From NCBI GenBank assembly GCA_963663945.1, contig OY760687.1, forward strand, positions 3,095,387 through 3,159,386: a stretch of 64,000 bases of DNA, in the 5' to 3' direction. This document shows, one piece after another, positions 45,869-55,956 of this stretch. The stretch comes from Dehalococcoidia bacterium (GTDB lineage Bacteria > Chloroflexota > Dehalococcoidia > Lucifugimonadales > UBA3495). Every line of letters begins with the position of its first letter. Position 1 is the stretch's first letter. The notes under the pieces were generated by a model. That model was given only the letters and a program-made list of their open reading frames with translations, did not search any database and was not told the origin of the DNA. The position numbers were made by a program, and so were the translations under genes.

Positions 45869-48196
45869 ATGCCACAATCGACCGAAAACACGCTGGTTCT
45901 CCCCGTCGCCGGGATGACTTGTGCGGCGTGCGTGTACCACGTCGGCGAGGCGCTGCGCTCCGTTGACGGGGTGAGCGAGGTCAGTATCAACCTCGCCACC
46001 GAGCGGGCGACGATCAGCCTGGACGACGGCGATGCCGCCGGTACGCCTGACCTGGAGACATTGGCCAGGGCCGTTGCCGACGCCGGTTACCGTCTCGATA
46101 CCAACCCCCAATTGGCGGCTGACGGCGGCAGAGGTGACGGGCCGCGGGCCCAAGAGGAAAAACGCGTCCGGGTCCGGTTCATCTTCGCAGCCCTGAGCGG
46201 GGGCGCGCTGCTGCTTGGCAGCTTTCCCGCGTTGCCCTGGGTCTCCGTATTGTTCGCGATGGGGTGGTGGTACCCGGTGCTGTTGTGGGCAGTAGCCACC
46301 CTGGTGCAGTTCTGGGCCGGCTGGTCGTTCTACACGGCGGGCTGGGCCGGCCTTCGGCGGTTGCGGCCCAACATGCACACGCTGATCGCCCTGGGGACGT
46401 CGGTGGCGTACGGGTACAGCGTAGTTGTCATTGTTTTGACGATGCTCGCTCCGGGCGCGCTGGGTTCGCCGGGCGCGCACCAGTTGCACTTCGATATGGC
46501 CGCCATAATCGTCGCGCTGATCCTGTTGGGACGCTGGCTGGAGGCCCGTGCGTTGTCCCGCACTTCGGGCGCCATCGAGAGGCTGCTGGATCTGCGGCCC
46601 CAAACGGCGCACCTCATGGCCGCGGACGGCTCCATATCAGATGTGCCAATTGATCAGGTTGAAACCGGTGACACCCTGGCGGTTCGCCCGGGCGAGCAGA
46701 TTCCCACTGACGGCGATGTGACCAGCGGCGCAACCATCGTCGACCAGTCAGCGGTGACCGGCGAGAGCATGCCGGCTGAAAAGTCTGTCGGCGATTCCGT
46801 GTTCGCCGGCACCCTGAACGAAACCGGAGCCGTACTCATCCGCGCCACCCGGGTCGGCGCGGACACGACGCTGGCCCAGGTGATTCGGCTGGTGGAAGAA
46901 GCCCAGGGCTCGGCGGCCCCGGTGCAGCGTCTGGCCGATCGGGTTGCGGCCTGGTTCGTGCCGGCGGTGGGTCTGATCGCGCTGGCGGCAGCGATACTCT
47001 GGCTGTTCCTCGGGCCGGACCCGTCGGTGCGGTACGCAATGCTGACCCTGGTCGCGGTTTTCATCATCGCGTGCCCGTGCGCGCTGGGCTTGGCAACTCC
47101 CACCGCCATCATCGTCGGGGTGGGCAGAAGCGCGGAACGAGGCATCCTGATCCGCAGCGCCGCCGCGTTGGAAACCGCCCACCGCGTGGACGTGGTTGCC
47201 TTGGACAAAACCGGAACCCTCACCACCGGTCAACCGGAGGTGACGGAGGTCGTGACCGCCGCAGGCGTCTCACCTACCGACGTGCTGCGTTACGCGGCCT
47301 CGGTTGAAACCCTGTCGGAACACCCCATCGGTCGAGCCGTGCTGCGTCGGGCTCAATTCGACGGTCTGGCGGTCACGCCGTCAACCGATTTCGTTGCCCA
47401 CGCCGGCGCCGGCGTGACCGCTGTGATGGCCGAGAAAGGAATAGCGGTCGGCAACTCAGCACTGATGGAGAAGGTCGGCGCGGCGCCGGACGCCGAGCTT
47501 ACTGCGGCCGCAACACGGCTCGCGGAGAGCGGCAACACGCCCATGTTCGTGGCCCGAGGCGGCCTTGTTGTCGGCGTGATCGCAGTCGCCGACAAGGTCA
47601 AGTCAGGGGCGCCCGCGGCGGTTGCGGCTCTGCATGCGATGGGTGTGCGGACGGTGATGCTCTCTGGAGATCGCCCGGAGGTGGCGTCGGCAGTGGCTTC
47701 AGAGTGCGATATCGACGATTACCACGCCGGCATGATGCCGGCCGACAAGGCGGAAGCCATCGCCAGGATGCAGCACGAAGGCCACACCGTGGCCATGGTG
47801 GGCGACGGGATCAATGACGCGCCGGCGCTGGCCCGGGCCAACGTCGGGGTGGCCATGGGCGGCGGAACCGACATCGCCCGGGAAACTGCGGACGTCACGC
47901 TGATGCGGGATGACCTCATGGGCGTGGCCACCGCGCTGAGGATGTCTCGCAACACGATGCGCACCATCCGGCAGAATCTGTTCTGGGCCTTCTTCTACAA
48001 CACGTTGCTGATCCCGGTGGCGGCGGGAGCGCTGTATCCGGTGTTCGCCGCGCTGGGCGGCGTCCCGTCAGGGCTGCTCTTCTTCTTCGGCGATGCCGGG
48101 TTCCTCAATCCCATCCTGGCCGCGCTGGCCATGGCTTTCAGCTCAGTCAGCGTGGTGAGCAACTCGCTGCGGCTGCGACGGGCCAACCTGGAGTGA
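45869..48196 (+). CDS. copA: Copper-translocating P1B-type ATPase
   Basis: GMTCAACV HMA domain, CPCALGLATP, DKTGTLT, GDGINDAP. Confidence 0.9.
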   Translation: MPQSTENTLVLPVAGMTCAACVYHVGEALRSVDGVSEVSINLATERATISLDDGDAAGTPDLETLARAVADAGYRLDTNPQLAADGGRGDGPRAQEEKRVRVRFIFAALSGGALLLGSFPALPWVSVLFAMGWWYPVLLWAVATLVQFWAGWSFYTAGWAGLRRLRPNMHTLIALGTSVAYGYSVVVIVLTMLAPGALGSPGAHQLHFDMAAIIVALILLGRWLEARALSRTSGAIERLLDLRPQTAHLMAADGSISDVPIDQVETGDTLAVRPGEQIPTDGDVTSGATIVDQSAVTGESMPAEKSVGDSVFAGTLNETGAVLIRATRVGADTTLAQVIRLVEEAQGSAAPVQRLADRVAAWFVPAVGLIALAAAILWLFLGPDPSVRYAMLTLVAVFIIACPCALGLATPTAIIVGVGRSAERGILIRSAAALETAHRVDVVALDKTGTLTTGQPEVTEVVTAAGVSPTDVLRYAASVETLSEHPIGRAVLRRAQFDGLAVTPSTDFVAHAGAGVTAVMAEKGIAVGNSALMEKVGAAPDAELTAAATRLAESGNTPMFVARGGLVVGVIAVADKVKSGAPAAVAALHAMGVRTVMLSGDRPEVASAVASECDIDDYHAGMMPADKAEAIARMQHEGHTVAMVGDGINDAPALARANVGVAMGGGTDIARETADVTLMRDDLMGVATALRMSRNTMRTIRQNLFWAFFYNTLLIPVAAGALYPVFAALGGVPSGLLFFFGDAGFLNPILAALAMAFSSVSVVSNSLRLRRANLE

Positions 48197-48238
48197 CCGC
48201 CCGGGCGCCATCGGTGTGTGCGCCCGTCGTGCTACCAT

Positions 48239-48247
48239 TGGTACAAT
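48239..48247 (+). promoter_or_regulatory. Extended -10 TGgTACAAT upstream of the YHS gene
   Basis: 39 nt upstream of ATG 48286. Confidence 0.45.
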
Positions 48248-48285
48248 CGGCCTGATCGTCAACCGCACACGTCCGGAGAAAAGCC

Positions 48286-48519
48286 ATGGCAACCGCGACC
48301 GACCCCATTTGCCTGATGCAGGTGGATACCGATAACCCCAACGGCGGGACCAGCGAACATGACGGGCAGACCTACTACTTCTGCGCGCCGGGATGCCGCA
48401 TCGCCTTCGAACGAGACCCGGAGGGATGGGCTTCGGGTCGCAACAAGCCCATTTCCATGGAAGAGCCGCAGCCCCAGCCGATCACGTTCGTGCGGCGTCT
48501 GTTCCGCCGCGGCCAATAG
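48286..48519 (+). CDS. YHS/TRASH-domain metal-binding protein
   Basis: DPICLMQV...YYFCAPGCRIAFERDP. Confidence 0.8.
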   Translation: MATATDPICLMQVDTDNPNGGTSEHDGQTYYFCAPGCRIAFERDPEGWASGRNKPISMEEPQPQPITFVRRLFRRGQ

Positions 48520-48540
48520 GCCGCGTCCGCGCCAACCAAA

Positions 48541-48566
48541 AAGAGGCGGGCCGGGGCCCGCCTCTT
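48541..48566. terminator. Bidirectional intrinsic terminator between the YHS gene and secA
   Basis: aagaggcgggcc / ggcccgcctctt 12-bp stem flanked by an A-tract and a T-tract. Confidence 0.8.
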
Positions 48567-48595
48567 GCATTTTCCACCTGGCGTGGATCCGACGG

Positions 48596-51244
48596 CTAGG
48601 CGCCGGCGCCACAGCAGCGCTTGTACTTCTTGCCGCTGCCGCACGGGCACCTGGAATTGCGACCTACCTTGCCACCGGCGCGGGGCGCGCGAGCGGACCG
48701 CCCGGGCGATACCGCGGCCATCGGGCTGACCGGAGCGCGACTGGCGCTGTCGGCCTGGGCGCGCGCCCCAGGAGCTTCCGGCGCCAGGGTCACGTGGAAG
48801 AGGGTATGGGTGACCTCGCGCTGCATCTGTCGCGTCAACTCGGTAAAGGCGCGCTGGCCCTCCGAGCGATAGACGGTGAGCGGGTCCCGTTGTCCCACGG
48901 CCTGCAGCCCCACACCGGTACGCAGATTTTCCATGTGGGTGAGGTGATTGACCCAGTGGGTGTCGATTGACTTGAGGAGCAACAGGCGCACCAGGATCCC
49001 CATGTTGTCGGAACCCAGGGTACGCTCCTTGGCCTCGTACAGCGTCTCCGTGTAGTTGTCCAGGATATCGTTGATATGATCCCGGCGCAGCGCCAGTACC
49101 TTGTCCGGCGAGTCCAGCTCATCAGGTGGCGGGCAGATCTGACGCAGGGCGCCCACGAACCCTTCCGCATCCCAGTCATCGGCATGGCGGGCCTGCAGAT
49201 GGTTGGAAACCAGGCGATCAAACTCAGCGCCCAGCATGTCCAGGATGCGTTCACGGAGGCCATCGCTGGCCAGGATGCGCGACCGCTGCTCGTAGATGAC
49301 GGAGCGCTGTTGGTTGAGCACGTCGTCGAAGTTGAGCAGGTGTTTGCGCATGTCGAAATGGTGGCCCTCGACCTTCACTTGCGCGCTGGAGATCGACTTG
49401 GTGATGAGCTTGTTCTCCAGGGGCTCATCGTCGTTGAGGCCGGTCCAGTTCATCACGTTCTTGATGCGGTCGCCGCCGAAACGCTGCATCAACTCGTCCT
49501 CGAGGGCGACGAAAAACTGGCTGCTGCCGGGGTCGCCCTGGCGACCGGCGCGGCCCCGTAGCTGGTTGTCGACGCGGCGCGCTTCGTGGTGCTCCGTCCC
49601 GATGACGTGGAGGCCACCCATTGCGATGACGCGGTCGTGTTCCTCCCGCCAGCCTTCCCGGTCAGTGTCGGCGCCGCCGAGCACGATATCAGTGCCGCGG
49701 CCGGCCATGTTGGTGGACACCGTGACCGCGCCGGCCCGGCCGGCCTGCGCAACGATGGACGCCTCCTGCTCGTGATTGCGGGCGTTGAGCACCTGGTGCT
49801 GCACGCCACGACGGCGGAGACGGTCGCTGAGGGCTTCAGATGTCTCGACGGAGGTCGTGCCCACCAGGACCGGTTGGCCCGAGTCCGACCGCTGCACGAT
49901 GTTTTCGATAACCGCGTGCCACTTGCCTTCCTCCGTGGGGAATATCAGGTCGCTGGCATCGTCCCGGACCATGGGCAGGTTGGTTGGAACCGCTACCACC
50001 TCGAGGCCGTAGATCTTGTAGAACTCATCAGCCTCGGTGACGGCGGTACCGGTCATCCCGGCCAGCTTACGGTACATCCGGAAGTAGTTCTGCAGCGTGA
50101 TGGTGGCGTAGGTCACGCTTTCGCGCTGGACCTTGACCCCCTCCTTGGCCTCAACTGCCTGGTGCAGCCCATCAGACCAGCGGCGGCCGTATTGCAGCCG
50201 GCCGGTGAACTCGTCGACGATGACGACCTCGCCGTTGCTGATCACGTAGTCCTTGTCCTTCACCTTCTGGATCTGGGCCACCACCGCGTTTTCCACGTAT
50301 TGCACCAGGTGGAAATTCTCGGGATCATACAGGTTGTCGACGCGCATATGACGCTCGGCCTTGCCGATGCCCTCTTCGGTCAGGGAGATCGCCTGGGTCC
50401 GCTCGTCAATGGTGTAGTCTTCGTATTCCCTCAGCCGGGGCGCCAGCCGGGCGCAGTTGGCATAGTGCTCCACCGGCTGCTGGGCCGGGCCACTGATTAT
50501 CAGCGGAGTACGCGCCTCGTCGATCAGGATGTTGTCAACCTCGTCAACGATGGCGAAGTGATGCGTTGGCCGGCCGACCTTCCGAGCCTGGACCTGCAGC
50601 TCGGCTTCCACCGCCATGTTGTCACGGAGGTAGTCGAAACCGAATTCGTTATTGGTGCCATAGAGAATGTCAGCGCGGTACGCCTCGGCACGGGACACGG
50701 GAGTGAGGTTGGGGAACTCGCCACGGCCCACGTCGGTCAGTTCCGGATCGTAGAGGTACGCCGCATCGTGCTGAAGGCAGCCCACGGAGAGCCCGAGCAG
50801 GTGATAAATGGGCCCCATCCATACCGGGTCGCGACGGGCCAGGTAGTCGTTGACGGTGACGATGTGGACGCCGTCGCCGGTGACCGCGTTGAGGAACGCC
50901 GGCAGGGTCGCCACCAGGGTCTTGCCCTCGCCGGTTTTCATCTCGGAGATCTTGCCCTGGTGCAAAACGGCGCCGCCAATGAGCTGCACGTCATAGTGTC
51001 GCTGGCCCAGGGTGCGGCGGGCGGCCTCGCGGACCACGGCGAACGCCTCGGGGAGAAGATCGTCCAGCGAAGCGCCATCGTCCAGCCGTCGGCGAAACTC
51101 CTCGGTCTTCGCTCCAAGCTGCTCGTCGGTCAATGCCCGCAGGGAATCTTCCAGGCGGTTGACCTGTGGCACCAGTTGCCCGCGCAGTTTCTCGGCGGCT
51201 CGCTCGGGCGTATCACCCACTATCTTTTTCAACAATGTAACCAT
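48596..51244 (-). CDS. secA: Preprotein translocase ATPase SecA
   Basis: 882 aa with MKTGEGKTLV and a DEAD-like motor. C-terminal zinc finger CPCGSGKKYKRCCG. Confidence 0.95.
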   Translation of the reverse strand: MVTLLKKIVGDTPERAAEKLRGQLVPQVNRLEDSLRALTDEQLGAKTEEFRRRLDDGASLDDLLPEAFAVVREAARRTLGQRHYDVQLIGGAVLHQGKISEMKTGEGKTLVATLPAFLNAVTGDGVHIVTVNDYLARRDPVWMGPIYHLLGLSVGCLQHDAAYLYDPELTDVGRGEFPNLTPVSRAEAYRADILYGTNNEFGFDYLRDNMAVEAELQVQARKVGRPTHHFAIVDEVDNILIDEARTPLIISGPAQQPVEHYANCARLAPRLREYEDYTIDERTQAISLTEEGIGKAERHMRVDNLYDPENFHLVQYVENAVVAQIQKVKDKDYVISNGEVVIVDEFTGRLQYGRRWSDGLHQAVEAKEGVKVQRESVTYATITLQNYFRMYRKLAGMTGTAVTEADEFYKIYGLEVVAVPTNLPMVRDDASDLIFPTEEGKWHAVIENIVQRSDSGQPVLVGTTSVETSEALSDRLRRRGVQHQVLNARNHEQEASIVAQAGRAGAVTVSTNMAGRGTDIVLGGADTDREGWREEHDRVIAMGGLHVIGTEHHEARRVDNQLRGRAGRQGDPGSSQFFVALEDELMQRFGGDRIKNVMNWTGLNDDEPLENKLITKSISSAQVKVEGHHFDMRKHLLNFDDVLNQQRSVIYEQRSRILASDGLRERILDMLGAEFDRLVSNHLQARHADDWDAEGFVGALRQICPPPDELDSPDKVLALRRDHINDILDNYTETLYEAKERTLGSDNMGILVRLLLLKSIDTHWVNHLTHMENLRTGVGLQAVGQRDPLTVYRSEGQRAFTELTRQMQREVTHTLFHVTLAPEAPGARAQADSASRAPVSPMAAVSPGRSARAPRAGGKVGRNSRCPCGSGKKYKRCCGAGA

Positions 51245-51344
51245 CGGAATCCCTCACCCTACCGTCCCCCTTCATTGACGGGGGATGCCTATTGGGCAGT
51301 TGCGTGTTAGGCAGTATATCAATTCTGCGAGGACGTCTGTGGGG

Positions 51345-51379
51345 CGCGAAAAACCCCGGCCGGAGTCCCGACCGGGGTT
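51345..51379 (-). terminator. Intrinsic terminator (minus strand) after the DUF3800 gene
   Basis: aaccccggtcgg / ccggccggggtt (one mismatch) followed by TTTTCG on the minus strand. Confidence 0.7.
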
Positions 51380-51412
51380 CAATTCAATCTCGGGCGATCG
51401 CAGCCCAGACGC

Positions 51413-52183
51413 CTAATCGAACTGATAGGGGTAAACCACCTGCAGGACCCGCCCCTCCCGCAAGGCGTCGAAGTACCCGTGGGTGATCTGGGGCTGCTGG
51501 AGCCAGCGCCGAATGATATATACGCACAGCGACGCCAGTTGCCCGCCAACGCTGGTGGCAGCGGGCGCCACCATCAGGTCGTCATACAGGTTGGGGTTGA
51601 CGGAATCGTTTTCGTCGCTCAGGAAATCGTTCAGCGCCAACGAGATCGACGTGGACTGCGACCCCGCCATCAGCATCGCATAGTCGTTGACGTTCCACAC
51701 CGACTCCATGATGTCATCCGGGTTCATCTGGGACATGACGTTTTCATCGAGGAACATCGTCAGCGCCAGCAGGAAGCGGCTGAACGCCAGTTGCGAAGGG
51801 TCCGAATTGCCGTAGATTGAGTTGCCCTCCGTTTTGCTGGCGGTGAGATACTGCGCCTTGTCGATGTATGACACCAGCAGCGGGACTTCGCGGCGGATCA
51901 GGATGCTCAGGCAATCCTGGATGAGCTCGCCTCGGCGCTCCGGCCGCCACGAGCGGAAGTACCCTTTGCCCTGATACAAATCGCCGGGGCGCAACTCGGT
52001 CGGCACGCCGTCGGAGCCGGCGGGGGCGCCAAAGTGACGGCGCAGCAAAGCGTCGTACTCACCCGTCATGGAGATGTACTGGCTCTCCTGCACCAGCAGT
52101 CCGGCGTGGACATGGTGCGGCTGGTTGGGATCGTCGGCGCTTAGACCGGTCAGGCCGGATTCACTGAGGAAAACCAGGTACAT
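51413..52183 (-). CDS. DUF3800-family protein
   Basis: N-terminal MYLVFLSESG (compare the DUF3800 y-h-f-h-DESG motif). 256 aa. Confidence 0.65.
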   Translation of the reverse strand: MYLVFLSESGLTGLSADDPNQPHHVHAGLLVQESQYISMTGEYDALLRRHFGAPAGSDGVPTELRPGDLYQGKGYFRSWRPERRGELIQDCLSILIRREVPLLVSYIDKAQYLTASKTEGNSIYGNSDPSQLAFSRFLLALTMFLDENVMSQMNPDDIMESVWNVNDYAMLMAGSQSTSISLALNDFLSDENDSVNPNLYDDLMVAPAATSVGGQLASLCVYIIRRWLQQPQITHGYFDALREGRVLQVVYPYQFD

Positions 52184-52276
52184 GGTAGCCTCCCAGGCTG
52201 GCGCGGCGGGCTCTATCTGCCCTGACTGGGGTTGGCAGTGACGGCGGCGATTGCCAGCGTCAGCGGCTCGGGCCGT

Positions 52277-52585
52277 CTATTGAGCAACGGTCCGAAAATC
52301 GACGTGCAGCACGTCTCCGGTGCGGGGTTGCCACTGGATCTCCGAAGCGACGGCAGTGTACTCGCCGGATTCGCCGGCGATGGTCACGCGCATGGGCTGG
52401 CCGAATTCGCCGCCGGCGCCGCTGATGGCCAACAGCAGGGTGCGAGCCTGGCACTGCAGTGAGCGGGATTCGACGCCCTTGCCGTAGAGATGCACCGGCA
52501 CGATGCCTTCGCGGCGCAGCACTTTGACCTTCTTGCCCAGGGTGTCGCGGGGTTCAAGTTGGACGGAAACCGTCGGGGTGGTCAT
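52277..52585 (-). CDS. rplY: 50S ribosomal protein L25 (short form)
   Basis: LRREGIVPVHLYGKG...VLHVDFRTV. ATG at 52585 with an AGGAG RBS (internal Met of the track ORF). Confidence 0.85.
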   Translation of the reverse strand: MTTPTVSVQLEPRDTLGKKVKVLRREGIVPVHLYGKGVESRSLQCQARTLLLAISGAGGEFGQPMRVTIAGESGEYTAVASEIQWQPRTGDVLHVDFRTVAQ

Positions 52586-52810
52586 CGTAATCGGAACTCC
52601 TGGAAAACATGTGGCGGGGGCAACCCCGATTGGAGCGCATATCATAGCATATGCCATCGAATATGCGGGTTAGCCCCTACGCGACCCCCACGCATCACGA
52701 ACCGCGCCGGTCACCAGCCGAGCCGGGGTCCGCCAAACTCGTAACGGTCGTTGCCCGGTTTGCTCCGAGCCGGCCACCGGCCCATCGGCAACGACCAAAT
52801 GAGGTCAGGG

Positions 52811-53791
52811 CTACCCCACCGCCTCTCCGTTGGCGCAGGCTTCCATGGGCTCGCCCTTGAGGCCGGCCACCAGGTTGCGCGCGGCCAGTTTCATGGTGTT
52901 CAGGCGGGTGGGCAGGGCCGCGCTGCCGATGTGCGGGGTGATGACCAGGTTGTCCAGGGTCAGCAGCGGGTCATAGATTGAGATGGGTTCTGGTGACGTC
53001 ACGTCCAGGGCCGCCCGCGCGATCTGACCATCGCGCAACGCCTCGTAGAGCGCCGCCGGATCAACCACCGGCCCGCGCGACACGTTGATGAGGATGGCCG
53101 AGGGTTTCATCATGGCCAGTTGCGGCCCGCTGATCAGGTGATGCGTTTGCGGGGTCAGGGGCACGCTGAGTACCACGAAATCAGCCTGCGCCAGGACATC
53201 GTTGAACTCGGCGTATCGCAAACCATATTCGGCCTCCGCGTCGCGATAGCGGGTCCGCGAGTGGTAAACGATGTCCATGTCAAATCCGCCGGCGCGTTTC
53301 GCGATCTCCCGGCCGATCTGGCCCAAACCCACGATACCGAGACAGGCTTCGTGCACGTCCTGTCCCAGCCAGTGGGTGGGATGAAACTGTATCTGCCAGC
53401 CGCCGCCGCGCAGCCAGCGCTCGCTTTCCGACGTGCGCCGGGCCGCTCCCAGCAGCAGAGCCATGGCCAGATCAGCGGTTGACTTCGCCAGCACGCCGGG
53501 CGTGTAACCCACGGGAATGCCGCGTCGCGTCGCCTCGGCCACGTCGACATTGTCCAGCCCGACGGCCAATTGGCTGATCGCTCGCAGGCGGGGCGCCGCG
53601 TTCATCAGGTCCCCGTCCACACGGTCCATGATGGTGGTCAGGATGCCTTCGGAATCACTGGCGTGCCGGCGCAGCGCCTCCACCGACGGCGGCGTTTCTT
53701 CCGGCCATACGGTCACTTCGGCAACTTCCCGGATGATGTCCAACGCCTCGGGAAGCAGGGTACGGGTCACGAAAGCGCGAGGGGTCGACAT
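52811..53791 (-). CDS. D-2-hydroxyacid dehydrogenase / glyoxylate-hydroxypyruvate reductase-like
   Basis: GIVGLGQIGREIAKR NAD-binding motif, VSRGPVVD, TPHIGSA. Confidence 0.85.
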   Translation of the reverse strand: MSTPRAFVTRTLLPEALDIIREVAEVTVWPEETPPSVEALRRHASDSEGILTTIMDRVDGDLMNAAPRLRAISQLAVGLDNVDVAEATRRGIPVGYTPGVLAKSTADLAMALLLGAARRTSESERWLRGGGWQIQFHPTHWLGQDVHEACLGIVGLGQIGREIAKRAGGFDMDIVYHSRTRYRDAEAEYGLRYAEFNDVLAQADFVVLSVPLTPQTHHLISGPQLAMMKPSAILINVSRGPVVDPAALYEALRDGQIARAALDVTSPEPISIYDPLLTLDNLVITPHIGSAALPTRLNTMKLAARNLVAGLKGEPMEACANGEAVG

Positions 53792-53943
53792 GGCAACTCA
53801 CCGCCGAATGTAATGGCGACGCCGGAATCGGACGCCGTGTCTCCGATTGTAGTAGCGGGCGGTGTCCGTTGCCAGTATTACGATCCGGACCTTTGGCCGG
53901 ATGTTGCGCCACGGGACGTTGCTGCATCGGAGTTTGCTCCAAT

Positions 53944-53973
53944 GAAAAAGAGCCGTCGCATTTCTGCGACGGC
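53944..53973 (-). terminator. Intrinsic terminator (minus strand)
   Basis: gccgtcgca-gaaa-tgcgacggc followed by TCTTTTTC on the minus strand. Confidence 0.8.
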
Positions 53974-54034
53974 CCCTGCCAACTCTCGGGCAGCGCTGGG
54001 AGGGCGGTGCTACCCGGTGGTCAGTGATGGCTGA

Positions 54035-54316
54035 TTAGGCCAGCTTGGTGAAACCATCGCGGTAACCGCGGGTTTCGGCGATCTCACGCTCCAGGCGCGC
54101 CTGTTCAGTCATGCCAGGGCCGGCCACGACGTTCCAGAGAGCGACGAAGCTCGCGACGATGGTCGCCTGGACCGACGGCTTGCGGTCGGATTCCAACTGC
54201 CCGAGCAGCTCGGCCGGGGTTTCCGGGATCGCGGAAACGTCGACGGCAGCCGGCGCCTCGGCGGTTTCGGCAACCGCGGACTTGGTTTCGGTTTCGTGAT
54301 TGATTGCGGTAACCAT
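54035..54316 (-). CDS. Small hypothetical protein (93 aa, one hydrophobic segment)
   Basis: AGAGGAG RBS before the internal ATG at 54316. Has its own terminator. Confidence 0.5.
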   Translation of the reverse strand: MVTAINHETETKSAVAETAEAPAAVDVSAIPETPAELLGQLESDRKPSVQATIVASFVALWNVVAGPGMTEQARLEREIAETRGYRDGFTKLA

Positions 54317-54491
54317 TTGCTTGCTCCTCTTGGCTAATACTAATAGCCGGTGATCATTTGTAAATATGATAGCGCGCTCGCCGTATTCCGTCAATAGATA
54401 TTGAACGTCCAATTGTATAGGTTTTGTGAATGTTTGTGGGCGGGTTGTGAACCCGCCCACAGCGATGACCCTGACCCTGCCTCTGGATGCG

Positions 54492-55946
54492 CTACAACGT
54501 CAATTTCCCTGGATTCATGATTCCGGCCGGGTCCAGCGCTCGCTTGATATCCAGCATTGCGTCTCTGCTGACGCCCAGCTCACGACCCAACAGGTGGTGC
54601 AGCTTGATGCCCACGCCATGGCAGTATTCCATGATCCCGCCCATATCCTGAGCCAAGGTGAGCACCTCATCCACACCGGCGGCCAGGTTGGCCCGCACGT
54701 CGGGATCATAACCGTCTCGACCAACCACCCGGCGATCACCGTCGGGCACCACCAGCATCGAAAAGAACTCGGGACGGCTCCAAAGGCAGTATTCCACCAC
54801 CTTGATCTTCCGGGCCTCCAGCATCCGGTCGGCGCGGCGCCGGTACTCCAGAACCCGGTCAGTTGGCAGGCTCATGTGCAGGTAGTCAAAGGTGCGGCCC
54901 CATTGCCGCTGCCAGCGCTCTTCGCGGGGGCGTCCCAGGGCCGTCTGCCGATAGTTCACGGCGGAGTCATGACGGTGTTTCCAATAGGACAGCGTCGGCT
55001 CCGGGCCCACGTCCCACCCGCCGGCGGCATCGCAAACGGATATGGTGCGGCGCAGCGCGGCATCCACCCCTTCGCGATAGCCTTCAAAAAGGAGATGCAG
55101 CAGGACGCCTTCGCTGTCCTCGGTCAGGTCCAGGAGCGTAGGGCGGATACCGAGGCCCGAGATTTCCGATACGGCGGCGAAACCGGCATCGAAATCGGCG
55201 AACTCCATGGTCGCGTACTCGGCTGCCTCGGGTTGGCGGAACACGCGCAGCGTAGCCCTGGTTATCACGCCAAAGACGCCCTCGCTGCCGATGAACAGGT
55301 GGTTCAAATCGGGGCCGGAAGACTGCTTGGGAACGGGCCGGGTTTCGATGACGCGGCCATCGGGCAGTACCACTTCCAGCGCCACCACCTGGTCACCCAT
55401 GGGGCCGAATGCGGCGGCACGGTAACCCACCCCGTTGGTCGAGATGGTGCCGGCCACGCTGGCGATGGGAACGCTGTACGGGTCATGCCCCGGCATGAGC
55501 CCGTGCGGCTCCAGCGCGTCGTACAGGTCCTGCAGGATCAAACCCGCCTCGACCTCGGCAGTTTGCGACACCGGGTCAATGTTCACCACCCGGTTTAGTC
55601 TCCCAAGATCCAGGATGATCCCGCCTTGCACCGGCAGGATGCCGCCCATTACCCCGGTTCCTCCGCCGTACGGAATCAGCGGAACCGCGGCGCTCTGCGC
55701 CAGCGCGACGATCTGAGAAACCTGGGCGGTGTCTGCAGGCCGCGCCACAACGTCGGCCAGTCGATCAAACGCGGCGTCGGCGTAATAGGCCCGGTATGGC
55801 GTCAGGGCATCGGCCGAATAGCGATCCAGCTCGGCCGGCTCGGTGAGGACGTGCTCCGTTCCGACTATCGAGGCGAGGCTGGCAGCCAGATCGCCCGACG
55901 GCGGTCGGTCGGTATCGGAAGCGGACTGGCTGGAGGACGACGACAC
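54492..55946 (-). CDS. FAD-linked oxidase (GlcD/D-lactate dehydrogenase-like)
   Basis: PYGGGTGVMGG FAD-binding PCMH motif. 484 aa. Confidence 0.8.
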   Translation of the reverse strand: MSSSSSQSASDTDRPPSGDLAASLASIVGTEHVLTEPAELDRYSADALTPYRAYYADAAFDRLADVVARPADTAQVSQIVALAQSAAVPLIPYGGGTGVMGGILPVQGGIILDLGRLNRVVNIDPVSQTAEVEAGLILQDLYDALEPHGLMPGHDPYSVPIASVAGTISTNGVGYRAAAFGPMGDQVVALEVVLPDGRVIETRPVPKQSSGPDLNHLFIGSEGVFGVITRATLRVFRQPEAAEYATMEFADFDAGFAAVSEISGLGIRPTLLDLTEDSEGVLLHLLFEGYREGVDAALRRTISVCDAAGGWDVGPEPTLSYWKHRHDSAVNYRQTALGRPREERWQRQWGRTFDYLHMSLPTDRVLEYRRRADRMLEARKIKVVEYCLWSRPEFFSMLVVPDGDRRVVGRDGYDPDVRANLAAGVDEVLTLAQDMGGIMEYCHGVGIKLHHLLGRELGVSRDAMLDIKRALDPAGIMNPGKLTL

Positions 55947-55956
55947 GAGGACAACG

